DNA of 64,000 nucleotides from Rubripirellula sp. (GCA_965216875.1 OZ244207.1:7744001-7808000), one strand, 5' to 3'; positions 18,728 to 30,071 are shown, counted from the first letter of the stretch. The notes: generated from the sequence alone by a model not told the origin. Translations and numbers: made by a program.

Positions 18728-21211
18728 GTGGGTCGAAGCTTGATTTGGAGAAAAGGCTTGAACATCAGCGGCACCTTTCCCTGGCACTATTTTAGCCGAC
18801 GAGTGGGCAATGCTGGCAGCAGCGGTGCACCTGTCTCAGTTGAACAAACCGGCAAGCGATCGGGAACCCGCCCGAGGAGAGGATTGGGGGGCAGAACCTG
18901 TGTGGTTTACCCATTGTTACTGGGCATGCTGTTCGCCAGTCTGATTCCAGCAAAAACCGCTCGTGCCGAAGTGGACGCGGCAGCGGTGCAGCACGCAATT
19001 GATCGCGGCATTGCCTATCTTCGCAAGACACAAACTAAACGCGGTGGCTGGAACGAATACGGTTCACAATCGTGCGGGCTGACGGCGCTTTGCACACTTG
19101 CTCTGCTCAACAGTGGCGTCGAGAAGGATGATCCGGCCATCGTGAGTGCGATGCGCTACCTGCGCACCTTCAAGCCAAAAGAGACTTATTCGATTTCGTT
19201 GCAGACACTTGTCTATTGTCACTACGGTGCGGCTCGCGACCTTCCCGACATTCGAACCAATGTCGAGTTGTTGGTTTTCAATCAAAAAAAAGTGGGACGA
19301 GTTGGTTCTTGGGATTACGGCAAGCAGATCGGCAGCGGTGATCCGTCCAATTCTCAGTTTGCCCTGTTGGCGCTCGGGGCCGCCAAGGATCGAGGCATTG
19401 ATGTCGATCCGATCGTCTTTCAGCGGGCGCTAAAGTACTGGGTTGATCGTCAGAAAGGTGGCGGGTGGAGTTATCACGGTGGCGACATCCCGTCCGGAAG
19501 CATGACGTGTGCGGGCGTCGCTTCGGTCATCATTGCTCGTGGTGGACTCGAGGGTGGTAGCTCGCAAATCGTCGGCGACCAAATCACTTGTTGCGGCGGT
19601 GCGAATGTAAACGCCGATCCGGTCGAGCTCGGTTTGGAATGGTTGGGACGCAACTTCACGCTGCGCGCAAACCCGGGCGGAAGTCCGATGACCTATTTCT
19701 ATTACCTGTATGCCCTCGAACGTGTTGGACGGCTATCGGGAAGACGGTTCATCGGCGGCCACGACTGGTATCGCGAAGGCGCCGAGCGTCTGTTGGATCT
19801 GCAAGATGGTTTTCAGGGCTTCTGGTCGGGCAACGGCCAAATGGCAGAGGGCAACCGAGATGTTTCGACTTCGTTCGCGCTTCTGTTCCTGAGCAAAGGG
19901 AAACGCCAAGTGGTTGTCGGGCGACTGCAATACCCAAGCCGCAAAAGCCTCGTGCTTTGGGAACAACATCCTGACGGACTGCGGCAGCTTGTGCGTCACG
20001 TCGAACGAGAGTGGGGACGTGATCTGACATGGCAAACGATCGACAGCGATCAAGCTGAGATCGTCGACCTGCTGCAAGCACCGGTGTTGATCATCAGTGG
20101 CAAAATGCGTTTGCCACTCGAAAAGACGTTCACCGACAAGCTCCGAGAGTATGTTGATCAGGGTGGATGCATCGTTTTCGAAGCCGACGGTGGCGACGGA
20201 TGTGGCGATGCCAGTCCTTTCGAGCGGAGTGTGCGCGAGCTCTGTGCCGAGTGGTATCCGGGAACGAAACTCGATCGTTTGCCACCGGGGCATCCCGTTT
20301 GGACAGCGGCAAGAAACGTCGATCCGACTCTCCTGGGCGACGACTTCTGGGTCTACGGCGTTCAGGCGTGTTGTCGAACGGCCGTCTTTTACCTTCCCAA
20401 GAGTTTGTCGTGCCGATGGCAGTTGGGCGATGTTCTCTATCGTCGCGGGAACGAGTCTCCCGCGGCACGCAAGCAGATTGATGCGTCGATTCGAATTGGT
20501 GAAAACATCATTGCCTATGCGACGGGGCGAGAACTCAAAGACAAACTTGATCAGCGGACCGTGATTCGCGCAAGTGACGTTCCGTTGCCGACGCGCGGCA
20601 GCATTCGGGTTGCGCAGTTGTCGGTTGGTGCTGGCGGTGAAGAGGCGCAGCGTGCTTTGCCAAACGCCGCGTCCTTGATCAGTTCACAGCTCCCAATACC
20701 TATCGCAGCGCTCGACGACTCGATCGGTTTCGATTCCGAGGATCTGCAAGATATACCGATTCTTTGGGTCCATGGTCGCACCGGATTCACCTTCAATGCG
20801 GCGCAGCGGCAAGTGCTCGCTGATTACGTTCGCAATGGTGGTGTGATTCTGGGAACTGCGATTTGCGGCAACAAAGCGTTTGCCGAAGCGTTTCGCCGTG
20901 AGATTGCGCAAACGTTGCCAAAGGCGCCGCTGAATGCGGTTGCAGCGGATCATCCCTCGCTGACCAACACTTTCGGTGGTTACGACATCACCTCGGTTAC
21001 CCTTCGAACACCATCGGCAAAGGGAATCACGCGACGCAGTTCCCCGCCCGTATTGGAAATTGCCGAACTCGATGGTGTGACCGCGGTTGTTTTCTCGCCG
21101 CTCGACATCAGTTGCGCACTCGAAAGCCAAAACTCAGTGCAGTGTCCCGGCTATTCGACCGATGACGCTGCAAAGATCGTAGCCAACATTGTGCTCTACT
21201 CGATGCAGTGA
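18728..21211 (+). CDS. DUF4159 protein with prenyltransferase/squalene-oxidase-like repeats
   Basis: [10 protein letters not shown]...[23 protein letters not shown], two DUF4159-like domains; true start probably downstream. Confidence 0.8.
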   Translation: MGRSLIWRKGLNISGTFPWHYFSRRVGNAGSSGAPVSVEQTGKRSGTRPRRGLGGRTCVVYPLLLGMLFASLIPAKTARAEVDAAAVQHAIDRGIAYLRKTQTKRGGWNEYGSQSCGLTALCTLALLNSGVEKDDPAIVSAMRYLRTFKPKETYSISLQTLVYCHYGAARDLPDIRTNVELLVFNQKKVGRVGSWDYGKQIGSGDPSNSQFALLALGAAKDRGIDVDPIVFQRALKYWVDRQKGGGWSYHGGDIPSGSMTCAGVASVIIARGGLEGGSSQIVGDQITCCGGANVNADPVELGLEWLGRNFTLRANPGGSPMTYFYYLYALERVGRLSGRRFIGGHDWYREGAERLLDLQDGFQGFWSGNGQMAEGNRDVSTSFALLFLSKGKRQVVVGRLQYPSRKSLVLWEQHPDGLRQLVRHVEREWGRDLTWQTIDSDQAEIVDLLQAPVLIISGKMRLPLEKTFTDKLREYVDQGGCIVFEADGGDGCGDASPFERSVRELCAEWYPGTKLDRLPPGHPVWTAARNVDPTLLGDDFWVYGVQACCRTAVFYLPKSLSCRWQLGDVLYRRGNESPAARKQIDASIRIGENIIAYATGRELKDKLDQRTVIRASDVPLPTRGSIRVAQLSVGAGGEEAQRALPNAASLISSQLPIPIAALDDSIGFDSEDLQDIPILWVHGRTGFTFNAAQRQVLADYVRNGGVILGTAICGNKAFAEAFRREIAQTLPKAPLNAVAADHPSLTNTFGGYDITSVTLRTPSAKGITRRSSPPVLEIAELDGVTAVVFSPLDISCALESQNSVQCPGYSTDDAAKIVANIVLYSMQ

Positions 21212-21264
21212 ACGGAGCAGCCTTGCGTTGCCACCATCGCCCCAACGATGGTTGGTTCGTCGAT

Positions 21265-21816
21265 TTAACGCGTCTCTTTGATTGCTGCCTCGATTCGGAC
21301 CAGCGTGTCGCGGATCTGTTCGAGGACTTCGTTGTTCCCGGCGGCTGGTGCGCTGGTATGTGCGGGCGCCGATTCGCTTCTGATTTCGTCCGAACCGACG
21401 ACCAGGTCGCGTTGCTTGAGGACGGCGTCGCGAAACTTTCGACCATCTTTGATCCCCGCAAGCGAGATTAGCGAGCCGACCGAAGACTGGCCCGCCGTTT
21501 CGACCGACAAAGCTTCGATGTCCATTGCTCGCATGATCGGACCTTGCGTCAGCCCGACGTCGGTAATGCGGTCGAGTGGAACGGTCTTCTCTTGGCGAAC
21601 CAACACCCCTTTGGAAAACTTGAGGCTGCGGTTGGTCAGCGTGCACTTGTGGCTGGCAAGGTATTTGCCGGTGATGATTGAACCGACGATCAACCAGACC
21701 GGAAGAAACACGATGCCGACAATCGTAAAGACGCACACGAGGGCTCCTGAGAGAAGCCAGTACATCTTCACTGCGGGATTGAATTCAGCTTCCCAAACGA
21801 CTTTTTCGTTGCTCAT
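21265..21816 (-). CDS. Bacterial PH-domain membrane protein
   Basis: TM hairpin then KGVLVRQEKTVPLDRITDV..QGPIMR......VETAG. Confidence 0.85.
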   Translation of the reverse strand: MSNEKVVWEAEFNPAVKMYWLLSGALVCVFTIVGIVFLPVWLIVGSIITGKYLASHKCTLTNRSLKFSKGVLVRQEKTVPLDRITDVGLTQGPIMRAMDIEALSVETAGQSSVGSLISLAGIKDGRKFRDAVLKQRDLVVGSDEIRSESAPAHTSAPAAGNNEVLEQIRDTLVRIEAAIKETR

Positions 21817-21944
21817 CGGATTCCTGCTTGGCCACAACTGCGATCGACTTAGTGATTAGGCAACGATTGTGACTGGCCAGGGCGCGCATCGGCAAGCGGA
21901 ATTCCGCAGCGGGGCGGGACTCTTTGTCTCGCCGCGCGCGTTTG

Positions 21945-23366
21945 CTAGGCGAGGATTTTGTCGATCTGCTGGGCCTGCCTTTTGTCGGGACCAAGACGCT
22001 GGTTGCAACCCATCGCACCAAGCATCGTGTTGTAAACATCGATACCCTCGGCGCCGACATCCATGATTTGCCCCGTCTTGAATCGCCCCGAAGCGCCCGT
22101 GATTGCGTGGAACACTCCAGACAATTCACGTTTGACGTCCGAGTGGCGGCCATCGCCCGATTCTGTCGAAACGGTGATGCAGGAGTTTTCCAGGATGGTC
22201 TTACCGTTGGCTTCGGTGGTCTTGTCGAGGAGCTTGAGGAAGTAGGCGACCTCCTGCATTTTCATGTGCGCATGTGCACGAAGTTGTTCGTTCTTTTTCT
22301 TTTCGTTGTATTGGTGCCACCACTCGTGACTACAGCCGCCCGATCCTGACTTGCCCAGTTCTTTTTCGTCGTTGAACGTATAAACCAAGCGGTCGTCGTA
22401 CTTGTAGTCGCCACTCATTCGCAGGCGTTCGCCAGCTGCCAAGAAGGTGACCGAGCCAAATCGGACGCGGTCCATCTCAATCGCGAGCGCGTACAAGTCG
22501 GCCAGCAGTCGCCACTCGGCGGTTAGGTCGTCGATGTGCATGTCGATCCCTTCGCCACCTGGATCGGCGGGGCCACCGTGGGCGATTTTTGATCGTGGCG
22601 GGAGACTTGGCCCGCGCTTCGAGTCGTGCCTCATTTCGTAGGCACGTTGTTCGAATTCCCGAATGCGTTCTAAGTGGTCGGCAACGCGAGATCTTGAAAC
22701 GCTGCCAAGTGGCGAACTCGGGCCCGTGTAAAACTTGTACTGGTCCACAACGGAATCGAGAACGCTGCGACGCAGACGTCGCGATCGTGCGTCGCCGTCG
22801 TCGGTTGCGCTGGCGAGCGTGCCAAAGACCCGATCGAAGAGATCACGCGGGCGTTCTTGGATCGTCGCTGCGACGGTGCCATCTTCGTTGTAACTGTGCA
22901 CGTAACGGCTGACGCGACTGCGCCGGAAAAAGGTGCCCGCGATCAGCGTCGGGACCATTCCTTTGGGCAGACCATCGCCATAGTGCGTCTTTCGAATCAT
23001 TTGGTCGATGGATGCGCCACCCGCTTTGGCCTCGCCATCGGGAGGCGTTGCGGTGAACGCCCCCGAGGCTCCATCAAAGTGGGCGTTGATGCCCGATTCA
23101 TCACAACGCACCTGGTCGACGTTGCGCATGATCAACAGCTTGTCCGATAGCGGCTTGAGCGGTTCGAGCACGCCATCGAATCCTTCGGTTTGCAACGGCG
23201 CGGGAATCCCAAGTCCGAAAAAGACATTAAATGCACGCGTCGGTACGTCGGTGTTGGACGATGCTAACGCGGACGAGACCATCATCTCTTCCAGAAGCGG
23301 CAGGCCAATGGCCGTAACGCCGAGTCCGCGAAGAAGTGTGCGGCGATGCAAGGTGGGACGAGGCAT
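21945..23366 (-). CDS. DUF1552 domain-containing protein
   Basis: RRTLLRG...GLPLLEEM, GASIDQ, SVLD, HLERIRE, GKTILENS; paired with DUF1592 gene. Confidence 0.88.
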   Translation of the reverse strand: MPRPTLHRRTLLRGLGVTAIGLPLLEEMMVSSALASSNTDVPTRAFNVFFGLGIPAPLQTEGFDGVLEPLKPLSDKLLIMRNVDQVRCDESGINAHFDGASGAFTATPPDGEAKAGGASIDQMIRKTHYGDGLPKGMVPTLIAGTFFRRSRVSRYVHSYNEDGTVAATIQERPRDLFDRVFGTLASATDDGDARSRRLRRSVLDSVVDQYKFYTGPSSPLGSVSRSRVADHLERIREFEQRAYEMRHDSKRGPSLPPRSKIAHGGPADPGGEGIDMHIDDLTAEWRLLADLYALAIEMDRVRFGSVTFLAAGERLRMSGDYKYDDRLVYTFNDEKELGKSGSGGCSHEWWHQYNEKKKNEQLRAHAHMKMQEVAYFLKLLDKTTEANGKTILENSCITVSTESGDGRHSDVKRELSGVFHAITGASGRFKTGQIMDVGAEGIDVYNTMLGAMGCNQRLGPDKRQAQQIDKILA

Positions 23367-23455
23367 ACCGACGAGCTCCGAAGTGGTTGTGTGGTGACTG
23401 GTGTGTGGTGAGAAGGTTTCTGAAAGGTGGGGATCTTGAAAGGTGGGGATCTTGG

Positions 23456-26122
23456 CTAGGGCAGCGATTCGGTTCGCGTGCGCCGAACGACATCGCTCTT
23501 GATGATTTCGGCAATGGTCGCTGCGTAAGTTCCGCCCGCCTCAGCGGCACGGCGATGGATCTCACGAATCTCGCGAGCGTCGGCGGCGACCAGTGGCCGA
23601 CCAAGTGCGAACTGGGTCACTTTGCGCGTGATGCATTGACCAACACGATCACTCTTGGCAAGCAGGTCCATCAATTCGGCCGACGAATCGTAGGCGACTG
23701 GATTGGCTGTTCCTGGGAACAGGATTTCGCCGTCGTCACGAAGCTCGTTCCCGTGTTCGTCTGTTTCGTGAAAGCTACCTAAACCGTCGTATTTTTCGAG
23801 GCCAAAAGCGAGCGGTTCGAACCGAGAATGGCATCCGCCACAGGAGGTGCTTTCGATTCGATCCATCGCGATCATCCGGTGGGTCCGTCCAGGACTTGTG
23901 GGAACAGGCGTTGTGTCCAATCCCGGCGGCGGATCACCCACTTCGCTGAAAAGCAGATCGTTCAAAACGAACAAGCCACGTGTGACCATCGAGGCGTCGT
24001 CGCCACCAATCGATAGCAGGCTTCCTTGAGTCAACAGGCCGCCACGCGAAGGGGTGGCGGTCAGATCATATTTGGCCAACGCGTTATCGTTGGTTTTTGG
24101 TTTGATGCCATAGTGTCGAGCAAGCTGCGGCGTCATGAACGACAACTGGGCGTTCAACAAATCCGTAAGCGGTCGCTGCTGTTTCCAAACCACTTCTTCG
24201 AAGAAGGCGAGCGTTTCCGATCGCATGTCTTGGGCGATCGACGCGTTCCAATTCGGGAACCGCTCTTTGTTCGGTCGAAGGTTCTCAAGCCGATCGAGAT
24301 CCAACCACCCTGAGATGAACTGCGAAGACCTGGCAACCGCCCGTGGGTCTTTCAACAAGCGTTGTACTTGCTTGTCGATTCCTTTTGAGTCATACAGATC
24401 GCCCGCCTCGGCGGCACGCACGAGTTGCTCGTCGGGCGGCGCTCCCCAAAGGATATAGCTGATTCGGCACGCAAGTTCATAGTCATCAAGTATTCTTGTA
24501 TCGCCGTCACCGCGTTGGCGTTCGATACGGTAGATGAAGCGGGGCGATTGAAGCATGGCTTCGATGACAAACGCGGCCGCTTCTTCAAAGTTCCCCCCAG
24601 CACTAGCGACGGTGGTGGTGATTCCGCGGTAGGTAACGACTTCGTGTTCGTCGAGTGGACCACGCAAGACCCACTTGCCCATTTTGGCGATCAAATCACG
24701 CATGTCATCGTCGATCAGCCGTTTCTTTTTTGTGAATCGCGAGGCGAAACGATCAACGTCCATCTTGTTGACAATCAATTGTGCGAGCTGGCTATAGGCA
24801 TCGACGTGTTCGAAGTCGACCGTCAAGCTGTAGGCCGTGTTGCTGAAGCCATCGGCGCGGGTATCGGGCGGCAAAATTTCCCTTGCTTCCTTAGCGATGT
24901 CGACACCGACCGCCACTCGAACGGATTCGATGTATTCGGGGACCGTCAATCGTTGTACCCACAACTCATTGCCGCGGCCGTCCGAATAGATGGCCGGGTC
25001 AATCACCTCAACGGACCAAGTCGCGCCTTGTTCGATCCATTTCTTGAGCGTTGCCTTTTCGCCGTCGGGAACGGGATCGCGATCATGAGGCATCGTGTCG
25101 TCTTCGATTGACGTCCAAAGCAAACTGTTGTTCAAATCGCCGGCGACAATGGCTTTGCCGCTTTCACCACCGACAAAGGCTTTCGCTTTTCTTGAGAGGT
25201 CGAGCCCGCCTTCGTTTGCAGCGGTGTCATGACACTCGAGGCAATGCCGCGAAAGTATCGGCGCAACTTTGGATTCAAAGAACTGGGCCTGACGCTCCGC
25301 ACGACGCGCAGCCAACATTTCTTCGGTCGGTTTTGCTGCGTTTGCGTTGGGACCCGCCTGGTGGTTTTGTCGGATCTGCTCTTCGGTCAATGCTCGGTCG
25401 TAGAGGGCGACCAAGTGGTACGTTCCGTACCACTGGCGGTCACCCGAAAACTCGTCTCCCAAAGCAAGGCGAAACGAAGCATCCCAGTTGCCAAGGTTCC
25501 CGGCGACTTTGCGTTGTGTTTGTTTCTTTCCATTAACGTACAGCGACGCAGCGCCAGACCGATCGCGGGTGTAGGCAACATGAGTTTGCTTCAGTTGCAC
25601 CGCGCCGGAATCGGATGCGGTTGATGGGATTCCATTGGAGTTCGTTTTGTTCGTTCGGAACCGAACGTCATATTTGCGATCATCTTGACCAAGCGTGAAA
25701 TTCCGATCGGTGCCGTGTTTCGAAAGGGTCACGATACGAGCAGGACCGGTTTGCTTCTCTTTTCCAGGGGTGATCCAAACTTCCAACGTGAAGGACTGAG
25801 ACCGTTTGATGGATGCGGCAAGTCGCTTGGCAGACGAATCCGACTCGATAATGGTCGGGCCAACGATTTGCAGCGAGCCGTTACGGCGTTTTGCGTTTTG
25901 AGGACGCTTGATCGTCAGGTCAATCGCAGGCGATTTGCCTGACCGATCGCGGACCACTTTTCCCTGAGTTGCGGAAAAGTCGTAAAGAGCTTGCAGGCCG
26001 GTTTGCAGACGAGGATCGTCGGCTCTTGTGACGACGCCGCCGCATGCAATGCAACCGGCAAGAGCGCAACAGGTAAGAGCAATCGTCTTTACGTTCACAA
26101 TGAGTGCGACCTCAGCACCCAT
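23456..26122 (-). CDS. DUF1592-family protein with LamG and cytochrome c domains
   Basis: LamG-like FTLEVW, CLECH, RLT..EY, LQSPRFIYR, LWGAPPD, RGGLL, CGGCH; start uncertain. Confidence 0.88.
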   Translation of the reverse strand: MGAEVALIVNVKTIALTCCALAGCIACGGVVTRADDPRLQTGLQALYDFSATQGKVVRDRSGKSPAIDLTIKRPQNAKRRNGSLQIVGPTIIESDSSAKRLAASIKRSQSFTLEVWITPGKEKQTGPARIVTLSKHGTDRNFTLGQDDRKYDVRFRTNKTNSNGIPSTASDSGAVQLKQTHVAYTRDRSGAASLYVNGKKQTQRKVAGNLGNWDASFRLALGDEFSGDRQWYGTYHLVALYDRALTEEQIRQNHQAGPNANAAKPTEEMLAARRAERQAQFFESKVAPILSRHCLECHDTAANEGGLDLSRKAKAFVGGESGKAIVAGDLNNSLLWTSIEDDTMPHDRDPVPDGEKATLKKWIEQGATWSVEVIDPAIYSDGRGNELWVQRLTVPEYIESVRVAVGVDIAKEAREILPPDTRADGFSNTAYSLTVDFEHVDAYSQLAQLIVNKMDVDRFASRFTKKKRLIDDDMRDLIAKMGKWVLRGPLDEHEVVTYRGITTTVASAGGNFEEAAAFVIEAMLQSPRFIYRIERQRGDGDTRILDDYELACRISYILWGAPPDEQLVRAAEAGDLYDSKGIDKQVQRLLKDPRAVARSSQFISGWLDLDRLENLRPNKERFPNWNASIAQDMRSETLAFFEEVVWKQQRPLTDLLNAQLSFMTPQLARHYGIKPKTNDNALAKYDLTATPSRGGLLTQGSLLSIGGDDASMVTRGLFVLNDLLFSEVGDPPPGLDTTPVPTSPGRTHRMIAMDRIESTSCGGCHSRFEPLAFGLEKYDGLGSFHETDEHGNELRDDGEILFPGTANPVAYDSSAELMDLLAKSDRVGQCITRKVTQFALGRPLVAADAREIREIHRRAAEAGGTYAATIAEIIKSDVVRRTRTESLP

Positions 26123-26402
26123 TTCCGACAAGGAATGAAATGGGATGCCCAATGGAGTTGTGGAAGCGTTAGGCGGGATGGATAGTGGCGAAGCCGCTGT
26201 CCCGGTTGGTGCTTGCGTTCGCATGTTCACCGGTCGCGTGAACGAACGAACCAACCAACAGCGATTATCCCTGGCTTCGAAACCCCATGCAACCTTGTTC
26301 CGACGGAACCACGACCATTGGCTAGGGGATTGGTCAGCACCATATATGGTCCCGCTCTGAGGCGGTTTTTGAGCGACTTCTTGCGCAGTTTGGGCATTGC
26401 CC

Positions 26403-26540
26403 GTGAGCCGCTGGCCGTCAGGCCTCGGCCCCTGTCGACGCGCAGCGAGTGCGAAGGCGACTAAGGCCCGGCCGCTTACGCGATCGCGGCTCAGTTGGGT
26501 GACTATGTAGGGCCCGACGCTAGCTAGCGCGTTCGGCTCA
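26403..26540. repeat. Cluster of three family-A REP-like elements
   Basis: GTGAGCCG..., AAGGCCCGGCCGCTTACGCGATCGCGGCTCA, TAGGGCCCGACGCTAG...CGGCTCA. Confidence 0.65.
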
Positions 26541-26548
26541 AAAGAGAT

Positions 26549-26872
26549 TTACCCTTTGACCTGATCGAGCATCAGTTGCCGTACTTCGGCTGCCGCTGAT
26601 TTCCAGTCGCCTTGCCGGCCCTGCTGGATGATGCCAGCGAGCCATTGTGTTTCGTTTTCACTGATCTCCGACTTCTTCGACGCTTCGTCGACCATCGCCG
26701 AGATGGTTTCGAGACGCTGCTGGTCGCAGCGGTTGCAACAGGAGTACAGCGCCTTGGCAAACTCGTAGCCCTGCGGACTGACTTCGCCGTAGCCTTGGTT
26801 GATGTACCAAAGGATACCGGCGACGACAACGAACGCAGCGAGCAATATGGAAGTGATCTTGCCAAGACTCAT
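26549..26872 (-). CDS. Small membrane-anchored hypothetical protein
   Basis: N-terminal TM, ALYSCCN; ATGA overlap with the DUF1559 stop. Confidence 0.75.
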   Translation of the reverse strand: MSLGKITSILLAAFVVVAGILWYINQGYGEVSPQGYEFAKALYSCCNRCDQQRLETISAMVDEASKKSEISENETQWLAGIIQQGRQGDWKSAAAEVRQLMLDQVKG

Positions 26873-27957
26873 CGAAGCATCTCCTCATCAATCACTTCGT
26901 GTTCACGCATGCTCGACGCTTCAGCCCAGACCAAGAGATTGATGCTTTCCGAGATGAAGTGGGTCGAACCATCGGCGAACATCACCATGCCACCACCAGG
27001 ATGCTGCGAATACATCTGGCCAACATGGAAGGTTGGAAAGTTGACCGGGTGAATGATCGGCACGCCCGTGATATCGAGTTCGCCGCCCGACGGGCCTGCA
27101 TGCACAAGGGTAAGCGTTGCGGCTGCGTCAGGACCATTTTCGGGGCTGTCAAATTCAGGGTGAGTGAAGGCACCGGGAACGACGCCAACCCAAGTCTTTT
27201 CGCTGAGCGCCGACGAATGCTCGCCCAGGAAGATCGTGCTCGAGGTTCCGTCGAGGATGTCGCGAAAGGCAGTCGCCGAATTGCGGAAGAACGGTCCGTC
27301 TGCGACTCGACCCGCGTCCCCTTGGATTTCGATGATCTTGGTGTCGCCGGTATAGATATTCGTGAAAACCTCACCCGTCGCAGCGGAGCCACATTCGCCC
27401 CAGCACGATTCTTGGCCATGGCTAGCGACGTAGTGAGTGCGGCCGACAAAAACGTTTCGGCCACCGATTGTCAGCTCGAGTCCGGCCTCGTTTTTCACAA
27501 AGAACGCGTCATGAGGACCCGCGACTGAGGGGCACAGAAAGACCGGCAGCTCCGCAGCAATGCCCTCCTCGTTAGCGGCCGACCAGATCGGTTCGCTATA
27601 ATTGAGGTGTTCGGCGGTAGACGCCTGCTCGATAAATGGCAAAATCATCGCCCCCCAGCCCCAACCGGGGCCGGCGTCCCAAGTCAGCGGGTCGATGTGT
27701 GCCCAGGCGGGCCCCGAACCATCGCGGGTTTTGTAGGAGTAGTAACCCGCAGGAAACTGTTTGTAGGCGGAATGGTAATTATGCATGGCCAACCCGAGTT
27801 GACGCAGGTTGTTGCTGCATTGCATCTTGCGCGCCGCTTCGCGCGTGGCCTGAACCGCAGGCAACAGCATTCCAATCAAAATGGAGATGATTGCGATCAC
27901 AACCAGTAGTTCGACCAAAGTGAATCCGCGTTTGTTATTGCGTTTCGCCCGCTGCAT
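26869..27957 (-). CDS. DUF1559 prepilin-type protein
   Basis: GFTLVELLVVIAII..LLPAVQ..REAAR...C.NNL, DGTSST...GE, HPGG....FADG. Confidence 0.95.
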   Translation of the reverse strand: MQRAKRNNKRGFTLVELLVVIAIISILIGMLLPAVQATREAARKMQCSNNLRQLGLAMHNYHSAYKQFPAGYYSYKTRDGSGPAWAHIDPLTWDAGPGWGWGAMILPFIEQASTAEHLNYSEPIWSAANEEGIAAELPVFLCPSVAGPHDAFFVKNEAGLELTIGGRNVFVGRTHYVASHGQESCWGECGSAATGEVFTNIYTGDTKIIEIQGDAGRVADGPFFRNSATAFRDILDGTSSTIFLGEHSSALSEKTWVGVVPGAFTHPEFDSPENGPDAAATLTLVHAGPSGGELDITGVPIIHPVNFPTFHVGQMYSQHPGGGMVMFADGSTHFISESINLLVWAEASSMREHEVIDEEMLR

Positions 27958-27984
27958 CGATCTGCTCTCTCGTTCAATCCAAAG

Positions 27985-28037
27985 TTTAGCACTGGCTACA
28001 TTTGCTAAAAATGTAGCCGAGGCTAAAAACGTGTCAA
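27985..28037 (-). promoter_or_regulatory. Two MntR/DtxR-type operators overlapping a sigma70 promoter
   Basis: TAGC-actg-GCTA (27987-27998) and TAGC-cgag-GCTA (28014-28025); - strand TTGACA(28037-28032)-N16-TACATT; divergent mntR adjacent. Confidence 0.75.
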
Positions 28038-28123
28038 GGCCCAATTTCCAACGAAGGAAATCTGCTGCTGCGCAATGTTGGATTCTTCACCCGTCTTGGC
28101 ATCTCTAGGCAAGGAGCCCCGCA

Positions 28124-28540
28124 TTGGCGTCACAAAAACCGACTGAAAAACAGCATTCGCGAATCCGCTCGGACCACGCCACCGAGTTGGCCGAGGATTA
28201 CGTTGAAGCGATTGCCGAGCAGATCGACAGCAAAGGCACCTGTCGGGCCGTCGATCTGGCTGGGCATTTCGGTGTCAGTCACGTGACGGTCAATCGAACG
28301 ATCGGCCGGTTGCAGCGCGATGGGTACGTGACCACCCAGCCCTACGCACCGATCGAATTGACCGCGAAGGGAAAGCGAATTGCCAAGCAATCTCGTGAAC
28401 GTCACGAAGTCGTTCTTGAGTTTCTAAAGGCGCTTGGGGTGAGCGAGGCTACCGCAGCGATTGATGCGGAAGGACTTGAACATCACGTCAGCGCCGAAAC
28501 GCTCAAAGCGATGCGTGACTTTATTGCCAAGGAATCTTGA
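28124..28540 (+). CDS. mntR: Manganese-dependent transcriptional regulator MntR
   Basis: ELAEDYVEAI, wHTH, LT.KG..IA....RH, DAEGLEHHVS. Confidence 0.9.
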   Translation: MASQKPTEKQHSRIRSDHATELAEDYVEAIAEQIDSKGTCRAVDLAGHFGVSHVTVNRTIGRLQRDGYVTTQPYAPIELTAKGKRIAKQSRERHEVVLEFLKALGVSEATAAIDAEGLEHHVSAETLKAMRDFIAKES

Positions 28541-28558
28541 CCCTTCGGAAGCGAAACG

Positions 28559-29974
28559 ATGGCACAACCTTCGACGTTTGAACTGAGTCGACGCAAGATG
28601 CTCGGTGTCACTTCGGCCGCCATCGCGGTTGGAGCGACCGCGGGTGGACTCGGCGACTTGAGTGCCGGCGAGACACCTCTTCTGGAATCGGGCGCAGCTT
28701 TGCCCAGTCGCCCCGACGGGACCCGCGTGTTGATGCCCCGCGATCGAGTGCCACTTTCGTTCGTGATCGACGACTCGACCTGCTTGGTCAACATGGGGCA
28801 TTTTTGCACGCCCCAATTTGCCGCTGCTTGGCCAGACCGGTCCGAGTACAAGAAACCGTGGCAACAATGGCCACGTGAGATTCCAGATGCGTTCGTACGC
28901 AAATTTGGCCTATGGTGCGCCGAACATGGAGTCAAAGGCAAGTACAGCGTCGTCCCCAATCCAGCTTGCGTCGGATGGCTAGATCGCCAACTACCAGGTT
29001 GGTCGCAAACTGCGCTCGAGCAAAGCCTTGATCTGGTTCGAGAATTGATGGTTCCCAATTGGGACATACACCCCGAGATGATCACGCACACGCGTGTGAT
29101 TGATTTGAAAACGGGGCGGCCGATGCAGGCGATGAACTCAAGCACGATGGAGAACTCGTTCCCTCAGGAAAAAAAGAGCGTCGACGAGTTGGCCGCCTAT
29201 TTGGCTTATGCACTGCGCATCTTGAAGAACTGTGGGTTGCCTTGCGAAGGGGTGACGACGCCCGGCGGTTTTGGCAATCGTGTGAAGAGCGAGTTGTCGT
29301 TGGCCGTTGATGAAGCGGTTCGCGAGGTTTATCCAAAGGTCGACTTACCGCACTACTTCAAATACGTTAACACAGGTGATCAAAGCACGACGCCAAAGCT
29401 CGAACATCTTCGCAATGTCGGGACCGAAGACGTTCGACTGACAATGAATGTCCCGGCAGGAACCGGCGATTGGTTTGGAGGTTGGCAGGGCTACAAGCCA
29501 TCGCAGCCCGACCTGTATTGCAACCGTGACGCCACGGCGGGTCGCATGGTCGAATTGATCAAGCGACGTGAACCGGCCGTCATGCTTTGTCATTGGCCGG
29601 GGATCTACAGCAACGGCAGTGAAGAAGGATTTCAATCGTTTCAACGTATCGTTCTGTCGCTCGCAGATCGTTTTGGCGATGAAACCATTTGGATGAAGCT
29701 GAGCGAGATGGGCCGCTATTGGGCAGCGAAGGCTCTGACTGAAATCTCGCGGGAAGGAAAGAGTTTGCGATTAGAAGCTCCCTTTGCCGCCAACGACTAC
29801 ACGCTGGAAATCGCCTCGATTCCAGAGGCGAACGACGTTCGTTACATGAAACGTGCGTTGAAGCGTGTGGAATCGATCCGCCAGCTTGTCGCGGGAACGT
29901 GGTGCCGCCGCGATGACCGCGTCGTCGCTTGCTTCGATCTGGTCAAGGGAACGAGCGAGCTTTCACTGGGCTAG
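28559..29974 (+). CDS. Tat-exported hypothetical protein, possibly NodB-like deacetylase fold
   Basis: SRRKML twin-arginine signal; LSFVIDD, GVKGKYS, THT, LCHW. Confidence 0.65.
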   Translation: MAQPSTFELSRRKMLGVTSAAIAVGATAGGLGDLSAGETPLLESGAALPSRPDGTRVLMPRDRVPLSFVIDDSTCLVNMGHFCTPQFAAAWPDRSEYKKPWQQWPREIPDAFVRKFGLWCAEHGVKGKYSVVPNPACVGWLDRQLPGWSQTALEQSLDLVRELMVPNWDIHPEMITHTRVIDLKTGRPMQAMNSSTMENSFPQEKKSVDELAAYLAYALRILKNCGLPCEGVTTPGGFGNRVKSELSLAVDEAVREVYPKVDLPHYFKYVNTGDQSTTPKLEHLRNVGTEDVRLTMNVPAGTGDWFGGWQGYKPSQPDLYCNRDATAGRMVELIKRREPAVMLCHWPGIYSNGSEEGFQSFQRIVLSLADRFGDETIWMKLSEMGRYWAAKALTEISREGKSLRLEAPFAANDYTLEIASIPEANDVRYMKRALKRVESIRQLVAGTWCRRDDRVVACFDLVKGTSELSLG

Positions 29975-30000
29975 ATCCGGATCATAGGTGAGCAAGAGTG

Positions 30001-30031
30001 TAAGGCCCGACGCTACCGCGTTCGGCTCACG
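30001..30031. repeat. Family-A REP-like element
   Basis: TAAGGCCCGACGCTACCGCGTTCGGCTCACG between convergent genes. Confidence 0.65.
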
Positions 30032-30071
30032 ATAAAAGCGGCGTCGGTGCGACAGTGACGGCATGATCTGC

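Noticed and set aside
16642..21211. MoxR-DUF58-DUF4159 as a novel system
   Set aside because: A common planctomycete gene set; only the divergent layout and the lack of an adjacent vWA gene are notable.
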